From assembly GCA_963712275.1 (NCBI GenBank), contig CAVQHD010000001.1, positions 1,728,001 through 1,792,000 on the forward strand: a DNA stretch of 64,000 bases. Reading direction: 5' to 3'. The notes under the pieces are model-generated. The model searched no databases. It worked only from the letters and a program-made list of their open reading frames with translations, and was not told the DNA's origin. The DNA comes from an uncultured Rhabdochlamydiaceae bacterium. GTDB taxonomy: Bacteria > Chlamydiota > Chlamydiia > Chlamydiales > Rhabdochlamydiaceae. Shown here one piece after another: positions 24,676 through 34,641 of the stretch; within the stretch, counting starts at the first letter, position 1; the number at the start of each line of letters is the position of its first letter. Made by a program: the position numbers and the translations under genes.

Positions 24676-26361
24676 AGAAGCTTTCGGCTTGAAAAGAGAC
24701 TTAATAAAACGACTCCATCCTTCTTCGATCCGGGCGCCAATTCCTTTTAAGAAAGAGAAAAAACTAAACCGTTCCTTTGCTTTCGGCTGGACATTATTAG
24801 TAGGCTTTGTTCCTTGACCCAGCATATCATCTTTGAGCTCTTCAATTTTCATCTCATCACTTTCTTCGACTAATGTTCCTCCAATTTGCTTTGCAATTGC
24901 TAGAGGAATACCCGGATAATTCAGCAATAATGGAATCCCTGCCCCGACGATTTGTTGAAGCCCTCTTCCAATGGCATAGCCATTAAAGGGAGTGAAGAAG
25001 AGCTTATTCATATTCGTATAAAACAGGCGCACTTCCTCATCCTTTAAATCCGGTTCATTGGGTATAACGGTTCTTTGAATCCGAGTAGAAGCCATCAATA
25101 TACAACCCATGAGATGCACGCCTAGAAGCCCTTTATCAAGGTCAGCGATGTTAAATCCAATGAGCTCTTGCTCTGCCTCTTGAACCTGGGCGACAATCGA
25201 ATCGACAGCCTCTGTGATCTGCTTCAAAAAGAGGTTTTCCATTCCCAAAGCTACCGTCAATGTAAATAGATTTGTCGAAGATCTGAATACCTTATTGTAG
25301 AAAATGACGTGTTGAATGGTTTTGAGAAGAGCCTTTTGCAATTGTTCTTTCTTTGCTTTGTCTGCCGTCATATAATCAGCCATGGCTTTCTGAATAGCAG
25401 GATTTTGAATCAGCGTCATATATTGATTAAGACATCGAACAGCCACGTTTGTTGCCGTTTTGTTATCAATCTGCACTTGTAGATATTTTCCTATTATTGT
25501 TTGCAAAAAATAAGGCAAATCAAGCTGCCCTACAATATCCTTAGTCCCCACCACCGTATTTCCCCGCGCCACATTCATGACACCTATGATAAAATTACCT
25601 GGATCGTAGAAGTTTGTTTTAGGAGGCTTTCCATTATAGGCTTGAATAGCGAGCCGAGCTAAAGGTTGCGCGTGATATCCAGCGGTTCCAGAAAGCGACT
25701 CGAAAACGCCTCCAACAACTCCTGTGAAAAGAGTCAAAGATTGAGGCACAGGTATAATGTTTCGTACCATACCGACAGCTGCTCGAGCCGCTAAATATTG
25801 GGCAGTTCTCACGGGATATGAATCAAGAGAATTTTTAGAAGCAGGCACTCCTATACCGCTCATCTTTAATCCTTGCATCCCTCCAACAATTGTTCCGGCG
25901 CTTTGAACCATCCACCTGACAGCTCCTGACTCCATTCCGCTGCCGCCTGTCAAATAACTCAGTCCTACGACCAAGGCCGTCGCGGTCAAAGCAGCTCCAA
26001 CACCTGCCGACCAAGTAACGAGCGCTTTTTCCCTACCGGTTGCTTGAGGCTTTGATTTCTCTAAAGCTTGACTCGCAAACTCTTTTCCTGCGGCAAAAGC
26101 CATTGTTGCTTCAGGAAACGCCCCCCCGATTGTCATGCCAGCTGTTTCTGCAGCAACAGCCGTTACCCCCGCAATGACTTGGGTTCCAATGATGCTTCCA
26201 CTAAATTCTTTAACTTTTTCAACTACTGGAGAAATATTTTCTTGAAACTCTTTAGAAACATTTTCATGAAATACTTTATTCGTAGCTGCATCGTATAAAA
26301 AATCGCCGACATTTCGACAAAAATATTTGAACGATGACAAAGATAATACTGGATGAATCAT
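24673..26361 (-). CDS. Hypothetical 562-aa protein with Gly/Ala-rich hydrophobic segments
   Basis: Long ORF with AT-rich upstream region; no motif recognised. Confidence 0.75.
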   Translation of the reverse strand: MIHPVLSLSSFKYFCRNVGDFLYDAATNKVFHENVSKEFQENISPVVEKVKEFSGSIIGTQVIAGVTAVAAETAGMTIGGAFPEATMAFAAGKEFASQALEKSKPQATGREKALVTWSAGVGAALTATALVVGLSYLTGGSGMESGAVRWMVQSAGTIVGGMQGLKMSGIGVPASKNSLDSYPVRTAQYLAARAAVGMVRNIIPVPQSLTLFTGVVGGVFESLSGTAGYHAQPLARLAIQAYNGKPPKTNFYDPGNFIIGVMNVARGNTVVGTKDIVGQLDLPYFLQTIIGKYLQVQIDNKTATNVAVRCLNQYMTLIQNPAIQKAMADYMTADKAKKEQLQKALLKTIQHVIFYNKVFRSSTNLFTLTVALGMENLFLKQITEAVDSIVAQVQEAEQELIGFNIADLDKGLLGVHLMGCILMASTRIQRTVIPNEPDLKDEEVRLFYTNMNKLFFTPFNGYAIGRGLQQIVGAGIPLLLNYPGIPLAIAKQIGGTLVEESDEMKIEELKDDMLGQGTKPTNNVQPKAKERFSFFSFLKGIGARIEEGWSRFIKSLFKPKAS

Positions 26362-26529
26362 AATAATACTCTTTTTTATTTTTATTAATATTTTAATTAT
26401 ACCATAATAAATATTAAAATTGTTTATTTTTAATTAAAAATGTAATAAAATATAACTTGCTTATAATAAGCTAATTACAACAAATACTTGTAAAAATTAT
26501 TTTAATTTAAGGTCCACTAACCCAATACT

Positions 26530-26558
26530 TTGACTTTTCACACACTCCCATATAGAAT
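26530..26558 (+). promoter_or_regulatory. Sigma70-type promoter of valS
   Basis: TTGACT-17 nt-TAGAAT, 9 nt before ATG. Confidence 0.65.
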
Positions 26559-26567
26559 GGCCTCTCT

Positions 26568-29381
26568 ATGAAAGAAATGGCTAAAGCCTTTAATCCTAAG
26601 GAAATTGAAGACGAATTGTCTCAATTTTGGGAGAAAAATCAATTTTTCAAGGCCTCGGCCTCCTCAGAAAAGCCTCCGTTTACGATCGTCATCCCCCCCC
26701 CTAATGTGACAGGTGCACTCCATATGGGGCATGCTTTGGTAGACACCTTGCAAGATATTTTAATTCGGTGGAAACGGATGTGCGGCTATGAAGCCCTCTG
26801 GGTCCCTGGGACAGATCACGCGGGTATTGCCACTCAAACTGTTGTCGAAAGGCATCTCATGAAAACACAGGGTCGAAGACGAGGCGACTTAACCCGTGAA
26901 GAATTTCTTGATGAAGTCTGGAAATGGAAAAATGCAAGTGAAAAAACCATTCTAGCTCAAATTAAAAAGGTGGGATGTTCCTGCGATTGGGACCGCCTTG
27001 CCTTCACCATGGACGAGCCCCGCTCAAAAGCAGTTCGATCTCTTTTTAAAAAGATGTTCGACGATGGGCTTATTTATCGCGGCAATCGCCTCGTAAACTG
27101 GGATCCTGTTTCTCAGACTGCTTTGGCAGATGATGAAGTGGAATATGAAGAAAAAACTTCAATACTTTATTATATTCGGTACCCAATTGAAGACTCCGAC
27201 CATTTTGTCGTTGTCGCCACGGTTCGCCCGGAGACACTTTTCGGCGATATGGCGGTGGCTGTCTCTTCTCAAGACCTTCGATATCAGCAGCTCATTGGAA
27301 AATCGATTAGACTCCCCCTCACAAATCGAAAAATCCCTCTGATTGCCGATCCCCATGTCGATCTGGCCTTTGGAACCGGAGCTGTTAAAGTCACACCTGC
27401 ACATGATGTCAATGATTACGCGATCGCAGAGCGGCATGCCCTTCCCTTGCTGAACATTATGACACCTGACGGCCGCCTCAATGAACACGGAGGAGAATTT
27501 GCCGGCCTTTTAATGGAAGAGGCTCGACATCATGTCGTCCAAAAACTGAAAACACTAGGGCTTCTTGAGAAGATGGAGCCCCGCCCTCATCGTGTCGGTG
27601 TCTCTTACCGTTCTAAAGCTGTTATCGAACCCTACTTATCAAAGCAGTGGTTTGTCAGGCTCTCTACATTTAAAGAACAATTGATCCATCTCGTCAAATC
27701 CAAACAAGTGAAACTGATTCCTGAGTCGTTTGAATCGACCTATTTCAATTGGATCCACCATTTGCGAGATTGGTGTATTTCTAGGCAGTTATGGTGGGGG
27801 CATCGGATCCCCATTTGGTATTCGAAGAAAGACCCTTCCCAAACGATTTGCTACGCAGGAGAAGGAATTCCCCCGGAGGTTGCAGCAAACCCCTCTGAAT
27901 GGGAGCAAGATCCCGATGTCCTTGACACCTGGTTCTCATCTGCTCTCTGGCCCTTCAGTGTCTTCGGATGGCCTGAAAAAACCGCCGACCTTCAAAAATT
28001 TTTCCCGATCTCTGTTCTTGTGACAGGGCATGATATTCTCTTTTTCTGGGTTGCCCGGATGATGATGATGAGCGATTATGTCTTCCAAAAACCCCCTTTT
28101 AAAGAAGTCTTTCTTCATGGGCTCATTTTCGGTAAATCGTACTGGCGGACGCAAAGTGATGGCTCCATTGCTTATCTTGGAGGCGAGGAGAAACTGAAAT
28201 ACGATCTTGGAGCGCCTCTCCCCTATGACATCCATAGTCGATGGGAGAAAATGTCTAAATCGAAAGGAAATGTTTTAGACCCTCTGGAAATCATTGAGAC
28301 CTACGGTACCGATGCGATGCGCATGGCTCTTGCCGCCTCCACAACGGGCGCTCGTCAAATCGACCTCGATAGGCGTCGTTTTGAAGAGTTTAAAAACTTT
28401 GCAAATAAAGTATGGAATGGAGCTCGATTTGTCCTCCTTAATCTGGAAGAAATCGACCTATCGACAGAGCTTGACCGAACCCTTCTTTCCCTAGAAGACC
28501 GGTGGATCCTCTCCCGCTTAAACCGCATCATCGAAGAAGTTCATTCCGCCCTTCTTGCCTATAGCTTCGATAAAGCAGCTCTTCTTGCCTATGATTTTTT
28601 CTGGAAGGAGTTTTGCGCCTACTACGTCGAACTGACAAAGCCCGTCCTTTTTGGAAAAAGAGGAGCCTCTCACGATAAAACAAATAAACAAAAGATCTTA
28701 CTCATTGTCCTATGCGCTGCCATCCGCCTTCTTCATCCAATGGCTCCCTTTATCACAGAGGCGCTATTCCAGCTTTTAAAAGAGCGGTTTGGCAACGTGC
28801 TCCTTACAGACGGGTCATATCTTCAAGAGACGCTCACGGCCCTTCAGCTGCCTGCTTGCGCTGTTAGTCCTTTCCCAAAAGTGATTCATCCTGCCGACAC
28901 CAATTGCGAAATTGAAGAAGAGTTTGCCACCATTGATGCCCTTGTCCATGCTATTCGAAATATTCGGGCTGAAATGCAAATTCCACCGGCAACCCCTTCC
29001 TCTTTGATTATCGTTGCCCCCCCCGATCTCTTGCAGTTTGCCCAGCGACATGAAGCCATTTTGCAAGCCCTTATTCGCCTTGAAAAAATTCAATATTTGG
29101 AAGCTGATCCTCCTACTTCAAGGATGGCTTCAAGTACAACCGTAGGATCTTTTAAATTGATCTTGCCACTCCCTTCCGAACTGAAAGAAAAAGAACGGGT
29201 ACGGCTCTTCAAAGAGCAAGAAAAGTTAATCGAACAAGAGCATAACTGCCGCTCCCAGCTTGCCAATGCCGACTTCGTCGCAAAAGCCCCTCCGCACCTT
29301 GTAGAAAAACTACGCACCGCCGCCACCCAAGCAGAAAAAGGCCTTTACGAGATCGCCCAAAAACTCAAGAGCTTTTCTTAG
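26568..29381 (+). CDS. valS: Valine--tRNA ligase
   Basis: PPPNVTGALHMGH, DWCISRQLWWGHRIP, KMSKS, C-terminal coiled coil. Confidence 0.97.
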   Translation: MKEMAKAFNPKEIEDELSQFWEKNQFFKASASSEKPPFTIVIPPPNVTGALHMGHALVDTLQDILIRWKRMCGYEALWVPGTDHAGIATQTVVERHLMKTQGRRRGDLTREEFLDEVWKWKNASEKTILAQIKKVGCSCDWDRLAFTMDEPRSKAVRSLFKKMFDDGLIYRGNRLVNWDPVSQTALADDEVEYEEKTSILYYIRYPIEDSDHFVVVATVRPETLFGDMAVAVSSQDLRYQQLIGKSIRLPLTNRKIPLIADPHVDLAFGTGAVKVTPAHDVNDYAIAERHALPLLNIMTPDGRLNEHGGEFAGLLMEEARHHVVQKLKTLGLLEKMEPRPHRVGVSYRSKAVIEPYLSKQWFVRLSTFKEQLIHLVKSKQVKLIPESFESTYFNWIHHLRDWCISRQLWWGHRIPIWYSKKDPSQTICYAGEGIPPEVAANPSEWEQDPDVLDTWFSSALWPFSVFGWPEKTADLQKFFPISVLVTGHDILFFWVARMMMMSDYVFQKPPFKEVFLHGLIFGKSYWRTQSDGSIAYLGGEEKLKYDLGAPLPYDIHSRWEKMSKSKGNVLDPLEIIETYGTDAMRMALAASTTGARQIDLDRRRFEEFKNFANKVWNGARFVLLNLEEIDLSTELDRTLLSLEDRWILSRLNRIIEEVHSALLAYSFDKAALLAYDFFWKEFCAYYVELTKPVLFGKRGASHDKTNKQKILLIVLCAAIRLLHPMAPFITEALFQLLKERFGNVLLTDGSYLQETLTALQLPACAVSPFPKVIHPADTNCEIEEEFATIDALVHAIRNIRAEMQIPPATPSSLIIVAPPDLLQFAQRHEAILQALIRLEKIQYLEADPPTSRMASSTTVGSFKLILPLPSELKEKERVRLFKEQEKLIEQEHNCRSQLANADFVAKAPPHLVEKLRTAATQAEKGLYEIAQKLKSFS

Positions 29382-29392
29382 AAGCTGTCTTA
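29379..29392. repeat. Truncated MITE end overlapping the valS stop codon
   Basis: TAGAAGCTGTCTTA identical to the ends at 24502 and 42945. Confidence 0.6.
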
Positions 29393-29399
29393 GAGACTG

Positions 29400-31538
29400 T
29401 TAATCACAAGATGTGACGTAGTTCACATTGCCGGCGATGTTAATCGTTGAATATATATTCCCCTCAAAATTCTGCAGATTGATGATGCCGGTGCCTGAGG
29501 TTGTGATACTAAGATCATTGTTTCCAGGCGCCGTTGGTATGACCTGATTATTCGTCACACCTGCACAGATGACTCCGTTTGATACAGTTTGAATATTGAT
29601 CCCTGTGGATCCAGTTCCAGACCCTGTTGTCACAGTGTTATTGGTCACAAAGGTCTGAAAATAAAGTCCTGTAGCGGCACCATTGATCTCACTGAGAATA
29701 CCAATTGTGTTGGTGCTTGGTGTGGTTGTAACAACAAGATTTCGGTCAATGATAGCTGTTCCCGAATTAGGGGCTTCACTGACAGCAACAGCTATACTGA
29801 TTGATGCATTAGAGCCTGTATTATTATTGATCGTGTTTTCTATAATACGGCAAGTTGCGTTTGGCATTCCAGATGAGTACGTGATTCCTCGCAGACCGAA
29901 ATTAGATATGGTATTCCCTATAATCGTGCAATCGGCTGAAGCAGTTGTGGCTCCCTCATTAGGAGAAAAAGCGATTGCGCCGTCACCGAATGGTGAAGTA
30001 TAACCAAAAACAGTGTTATTCGAAATCGTGGCTTGCATAAACGTTCCATCTAATACCAGTAAGTTGATCCCGTCCCCGAGGGCTGCTGGCATTTGAGTGA
30101 GGGTATTGTTGTCGATTTCGATCACTCCCTGTCCAATAATCCCAATACCCACATGAGCAACACTTCCAAAGATATTGTTGTTATTAATCGTAGCTCCATT
30201 GATTCCGCTTGTTCCATCAATGCCAATAGAGCCAGCTTGCAAGGCTTGGATGTTGAACCCAGAAACTTGGTTGCCATTGGCAAGGGTTACAACACTGCCC
30301 GCTGTATTTGTAATGAGCGGGTTGCTGTTTGCCATGGCAGAAATGGTGATGTTTCCTTTTGTCGTTGCAATGGAGTGGGAAATTCCAGCCCCTAGCAGCA
30401 ATTGGTTATTTTGCAAGATAATGCCCCCCTCCATCCCAGGTGTCGCAGTCCCATTACCGGGAAACACATAGATGATATCACTCGGGTTTGAGGCACTTTG
30501 CGCCTGAAAAAGTGTTGGAAAAGGGCTTTCAAATGTTCCCAAGGAGTTGCTTGTATTGTCGACAAACCAGACGACCCAAGGCTCTCCTGTGGCAGGATTG
30601 ATCGCTTTTTCATGAACTCGCAGGGTTTTAACCACGGGAATCTCAAGGCGGGTGGGAGAGAAAACAGCCCGGGAGAGCAAAAGACCGTTCGTTTTAAATC
30701 CCCCTTTTCTTTTTAGTTTCCCGCCTAAAGGAAAATGGAAGCCGATTTCACCCTGAAATACACTGTGGAACAGATGGTCGTAAGAATAGGAGGCTTGAAG
30801 AGAGACGATCTCTTTATAACGCCCTAGCAGACGGGTTTTACCTCCCCATGTTGAAGCGTAAGGAGAGTTAAAGTAGTAAGGTCCTGCTGCTGCGTAGAGG
30901 TCATACTTAAAGCTTTGGTTGAGGTGTCCTCCAATTTCAGCGTCTACTCCTCTCATCACATATTTTTGTTTGAATTTTGAAAGGATGGAATTTTTCCTGA
31001 ATGTATAGAATTGGGGGTCGTACTTTCGGCCCTTTTGATCTCCCACAGGAAAATAGGCGTTAAGGCGGTACTCCATCCGCTTGCCGAGGATCTCAACGCC
31101 AGGACTGAGTTGCTGAGCCGTCAGTTGGTGATAATCTTGCCTAACATCGTAGTACAAATAGGTCCCAATGATGTGGCTAATCGAAGGAACGAGTGTTCTT
31201 TCCCCTATGCCAATATTACCAGCAAGCTTTCCATCGTTAAACACATGCCCTCTAAGGTCAACGAAGGGCATAAAAGCAGGAGCCCTATCGAAAAGAACAA
31301 ATCCTTCAAGAGTAGTATACCCATTTTTATAACCAATCCCATTGGCTTCTATATGACGTACTCCGACAGAGGATCGATGGTAAGGGGTGCGGAACTCAGG
31401 GGGTGGAGGGGAACTCTCTTGCATACTCTGGTTGTTTGTTACTAGAGGAGTCAGTGGCTGAGCAAAAAGACTTATTGCTTGAAGAGATAAAAGAATGGAT
31501 AAGCTTACAATATGTTTCATTTTTTTTTCATATTCCAC
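29400..31538 (-). CDS. Inverse-autotransporter beta-barrel protein with beta-helix passenger
   Basis: Signal peptide; barrel-like motifs GNIGIGER, YYDVR, RLNAYFP, SYDHLF; GTFESPFPT followed by Asn/Thr-rich I-x-N-N-T-I repeats; start may be 31520. Confidence 0.8.
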   Translation of the reverse strand: MEYEKKMKHIVSLSILLSLQAISLFAQPLTPLVTNNQSMQESSPPPPEFRTPYHRSSVGVRHIEANGIGYKNGYTTLEGFVLFDRAPAFMPFVDLRGHVFNDGKLAGNIGIGERTLVPSISHIIGTYLYYDVRQDYHQLTAQQLSPGVEILGKRMEYRLNAYFPVGDQKGRKYDPQFYTFRKNSILSKFKQKYVMRGVDAEIGGHLNQSFKYDLYAAAGPYYFNSPYASTWGGKTRLLGRYKEIVSLQASYSYDHLFHSVFQGEIGFHFPLGGKLKRKGGFKTNGLLLSRAVFSPTRLEIPVVKTLRVHEKAINPATGEPWVVWFVDNTSNSLGTFESPFPTLFQAQSASNPSDIIYVFPGNGTATPGMEGGIILQNNQLLLGAGISHSIATTKGNITISAMANSNPLITNTAGSVVTLANGNQVSGFNIQALQAGSIGIDGTSGINGATINNNNIFGSVAHVGIGIIGQGVIEIDNNTLTQMPAALGDGINLLVLDGTFMQATISNNTVFGYTSPFGDGAIAFSPNEGATTASADCTIIGNTISNFGLRGITYSSGMPNATCRIIENTINNNTGSNASISIAVAVSEAPNSGTAIIDRNLVVTTTPSTNTIGILSEINGAATGLYFQTFVTNNTVTTGSGTGSTGINIQTVSNGVICAGVTNNQVIPTAPGNNDLSITTSGTGIINLQNFEGNIYSTINIAGNVNYVTSCD

Positions 31539-31584
31539 TCATTAGTAATTGTCAATTAACGGTTTCTTCTCTATTATCTTCCCC

Positions 31585-32586
31585 ATGTGGTTTTTCCTCC
31601 TTTTCCTCTGCGTCGCTCTTGAAGCAACTCCTTCCGGAGTCTACCGTGAAAGAGTAAAACAGATTGACCTAGTCCATAATTGGACATCGGATCCAAATGA
31701 CCAAAGCTTTGCGCAAAAAGGGCCTCTTGCAGAGGTTTATCAAGTTTTAAAGCTTAAACAAACAACTTTGAAAATCACCGACCTTAGAAGTGAAAAAGAT
31801 TCAGACCGACTCACTTATATCGTCGTATGGAATAAGCCCTCTTTCTTGAATGCTAAGACACTGTCTCGTTTTTCTTCTAAAAAAATGATTCTCTTTATGT
31901 GGGAGCCTCCCGTTGTTCAAAAAGAGTTGTACTCTGCCCAATTTCTTTCCCAATTCAAACGGGTTTATACATGGGACGACGATCTGGTAGACAACAAAAA
32001 ATTTTTTAAATTTTACTACCCCGTTCTCACACCCATGCTCACCGACCTCCCCTCTTTTGAGCAGCGAAAACTTCTAACCCAAATTTCATCTCGAAAAAAA
32101 AGCAAACATGAAAAAGAACTCTATACAGCTCGCCTCTCCGTCATCAAATTTTTTCAAGATCTGCCTGAAGGTGACTTTGAATTTTATGGGCACGGCTGGG
32201 GAAAAGAGCCGTACCGCCACTACCTCGGAACAACTGATAATAAACTAGAGACCCTCAAAAACTATCGATTCTCGATCTGTTACGAAAACATGCGCGATGT
32301 GAAAGGGTATATCACAGAAAAAATCTTTGATTGTTTTGCTGCTGGAACGATTCCAATTTATTGGGGAGCCAGCAATATCACCGATTTTATTCCTAAAGAA
32401 TGTTTTATCGATCGCAGAAATTTTAATACTTTTGAAGAGGTTTACCATCACATCCAGACCATGGATCAAGACACCTATCAAACCTATCTAAAACATATTC
32501 AAACCTTTCTAGAAAGCGACAAAGCCAAGCTTTTTTCTCAAGATATGTTTAACGTTATCTTTTTGGAAGCCATTCGCTTTCCTTAA
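31585..32586 (+). CDS. Glycosyltransferase family 10 (alpha-1,3-fucosyltransferase-like)
   Basis: YRFSICYEN...GYITEKIFDCFAAGTIPIYWG; N-terminal signal or anchor. Confidence 0.88.
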   Translation: MWFFLLFLCVALEATPSGVYRERVKQIDLVHNWTSDPNDQSFAQKGPLAEVYQVLKLKQTTLKITDLRSEKDSDRLTYIVVWNKPSFLNAKTLSRFSSKKMILFMWEPPVVQKELYSAQFLSQFKRVYTWDDDLVDNKKFFKFYYPVLTPMLTDLPSFEQRKLLTQISSRKKSKHEKELYTARLSVIKFFQDLPEGDFEFYGHGWGKEPYRHYLGTTDNKLETLKNYRFSICYENMRDVKGYITEKIFDCFAAGTIPIYWGASNITDFIPKECFIDRRNFNTFEEVYHHIQTMDQDTYQTYLKHIQTFLESDKAKLFSQDMFNVIFLEAIRFP

Positions 32587-32637
32587 AATAAGCGCTTGGA
32601 TTGTAGGAAATCATCCCCCTTTCTATAATCCCCTGTT

Positions 32638-34494
32638 ATGACGGATCCCGCTTCTTTTAATCAAGGGCTCGCTTTATTTGAGTATGGATCGCATCATAAC
32701 TGTTTGCCAACTCTTCGATATGCAGCCAAAAAATTTCAGCAGGTAATCGAGCCAGTTGCAAAATCCCAATTTGGGGCCAAATCCGCAGCGAGTTTTGCAA
32801 CTGGCTCGATTTCCTTTAATTCCCAGACACGTGAAGCTTGGCACCTCTGGGCAAAGACCCTTGCTCGTATCGCTTTTCTCTCCGGAAAAAAAGAAGATCT
32901 TCTGAAGGCAAGCTTACAAATAGAGCAAGCCCTTCAATTTCTCTTACCAGAGCAGACCGCAAACCTTTATTGGGATGCCGGCATGATCCACTTTCGACTA
33001 GCCGAGTTGTCAGGAGAAATCGACGATCTTTTCAAAGCTATCGCCTCTTTTGAAAAAAGCGGTGAGAACATGCCAACTAACTTTTGGAATGATCTTGGAA
33101 AAGCCTATACAGCTCTGGCTGAGAAATTCCATGATAAACGTCCTGTTTTAAAAGCGGTCCAGTATTTTAAACAAGGAGTCTCCCAAACTCCTTCAAATTT
33201 TGAAGGATGGGTAGGGCTTGGAAAAAATTTTAAACGCCTCTACCAAATGACCCATGAAAATACCTATTTTGAGCAGGCGTCCGAATCTTTCAAAGTAGCC
33301 TCTCATCTCAACCCTCAGCTTCCGCAGTTATGGTTTGAAAGAATTGAGTTTCTTCTGGAAGTTGCAAGGCAAGAGCACGACCGAGCAAAACTGCAGACTG
33401 CTTTAGAGTGGTGTCAATCTGCACCCAGCTCTCCCTACTTATATGGACTTTGGGCTGAAGCGCTTGCCCTTTTGGGAGAGTGGGATGACTCCATCCACCT
33501 CATCCGCCAAGCAGAAGATAAACTTCGCGCTCTATTTGAGCAATGCGAAGAGGAGGACTTCTACCTTTTGCATTCGTATGGAAAGTGCCTCTTTTCTTTT
33601 GCAAGATATTACCATGATCTTGATCTATACTATCAAGCCATTGAACAATTTCAGGCATCACTTTCCATCGACCGAACTGAGCAGCAGGGCTGGATCTGGA
33701 TGGGAAAGGTTTACATGGAGCTGTTTCACTGTTTTAAGGATCTCGATGCCCTTGAAAAAGCGGTCTATTTTTATCATAAGGCTCTCCAAATCAGAATCGA
33801 CCCCTTTCTCTATTTTGAAGTCGCTATCGCCCTCATTCACCTCGGAGAAACAGAGCGAAATCCTGCGCTCCTTCAGCAAGCGCTTGATTATCTTGAGTAT
33901 TTCTCACAAGTTCATCTAAGAGATACTCGATGGTCTTATTATTACGGAATGGCCCTAGATCTTCTCGGGGATTTTGAAGAAGAAGCCTCCCTTCATCATC
34001 AAGCGTTAGACCTATTTAGAGCTGTTTTAATGTCTACTCCCCATGATGGAGCAACCCATCATCGGATTGCACTCGCTTACTCCCATCTTGGAGAAGCGGT
34101 GGGCGAAATCGATTATTTCCTCCGCGCTATCCATCATTTCCAACTGAGCCAACAGGTGCTTGAAAATAAAGAAATCATTTACCTTGATTGGGGAGTCACT
34201 TGGATCAATCTCTCTCAACACAGAGCAAGTGCTTTAATGGAAGAAAATGATTTTCACCAAGCAGAACATGCGCTTATGCAAGCAGCCCGACTTGGAAACC
34301 AGCACGCTTTGTATCCTCTTGCCTGCCTCTACTCGTTGCAAGGCCTGCTTGACCTCTCCCTCCATTACCTCAATAAAGCACGCCAAGCGGGCACCCTGCC
34401 TCCATTGGAAGAGGTACTAGATGATGACTGGTTAGAAAGCGTGCGGTTAACCCCTGCCTTTCAGGAATTCCTCGCTCTTTTGCAAAAAAGTTGA
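32638..34494 (+). CDS. Tetratricopeptide repeat protein
   Basis: Repeated helical units (W..LGK.Y, A...F..A); C-terminal YPLACLYSL motif. Confidence 0.85.
   Translation: MTDPASFNQGLALFEYGSHHNCLPTLRYAAKKFQQVIEPVAKSQFGAKSAASFATGSISFNSQTREAWHLWAKTLARIAFLSGKKEDLLKASLQIEQALQFLLPEQTANLYWDAGMIHFRLAELSGEIDDLFKAIASFEKSGENMPTNFWNDLGKAYTALAEKFHDKRPVLKAVQYFKQGVSQTPSNFEGWVGLGKNFKRLYQMTHENTYFEQASESFKVASHLNPQLPQLWFERIEFLLEVARQEHDRAKLQTALEWCQSAPSSPYLYGLWAEALALLGEWDDSIHLIRQAEDKLRALFEQCEEEDFYLLHSYGKCLFSFARYYHDLDLYYQAIEQFQASLSIDRTEQQGWIWMGKVYMELFHCFKDLDALEKAVYFYHKALQIRIDPFLYFEVAIALIHLGETERNPALLQQALDYLEYFSQVHLRDTRWSYYYGMALDLLGDFEEEASLHHQALDLFRAVLMSTPHDGATHHRIALAYSHLGEAVGEIDYFLRAIHHFQLSQQVLENKEIIYLDWGVTWINLSQHRASALMEENDFHQAEHALMQAARLGNQHALYPLACLYSLQGLLDLSLHYLNKARQAGTLPPLEEVLDDDWLESVRLTPAFQEFLALLQKS
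32749..32807. mobile_element. Miniature palindromic element lying in frame inside the TPR gene
   Basis: GAGCCAGTTGCAAAA...TTTTGCAACTGGCTC; core ATTTGGGGCCAAATCCGC shared with the MITE at 13871. Confidence 0.8.
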
Positions 34495-34503
34495 TACTCT
34501 AAA

Positions 34504-34615
34504 GAGGTCGTTGCAAAACTCAGGGTTCAAAGTCGATATTACCCCCGCAATTTGGATCGAAAATCGGTTCAAAAGAACCCGAAAATCGACGAACCTTAAG
34601 TTTTGCAACGACCTC
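34504..34615. mobile_element. MITE (112 bp) between the TPR gene and yidC
   Basis: 17-bp TIR GAGGTCGTTGCAAAACT; TAAA duplicated on both flanks. Confidence 0.82.
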
Positions 34616-34641
34616 TAAATGCTTAACTCTTTGGATGGACC

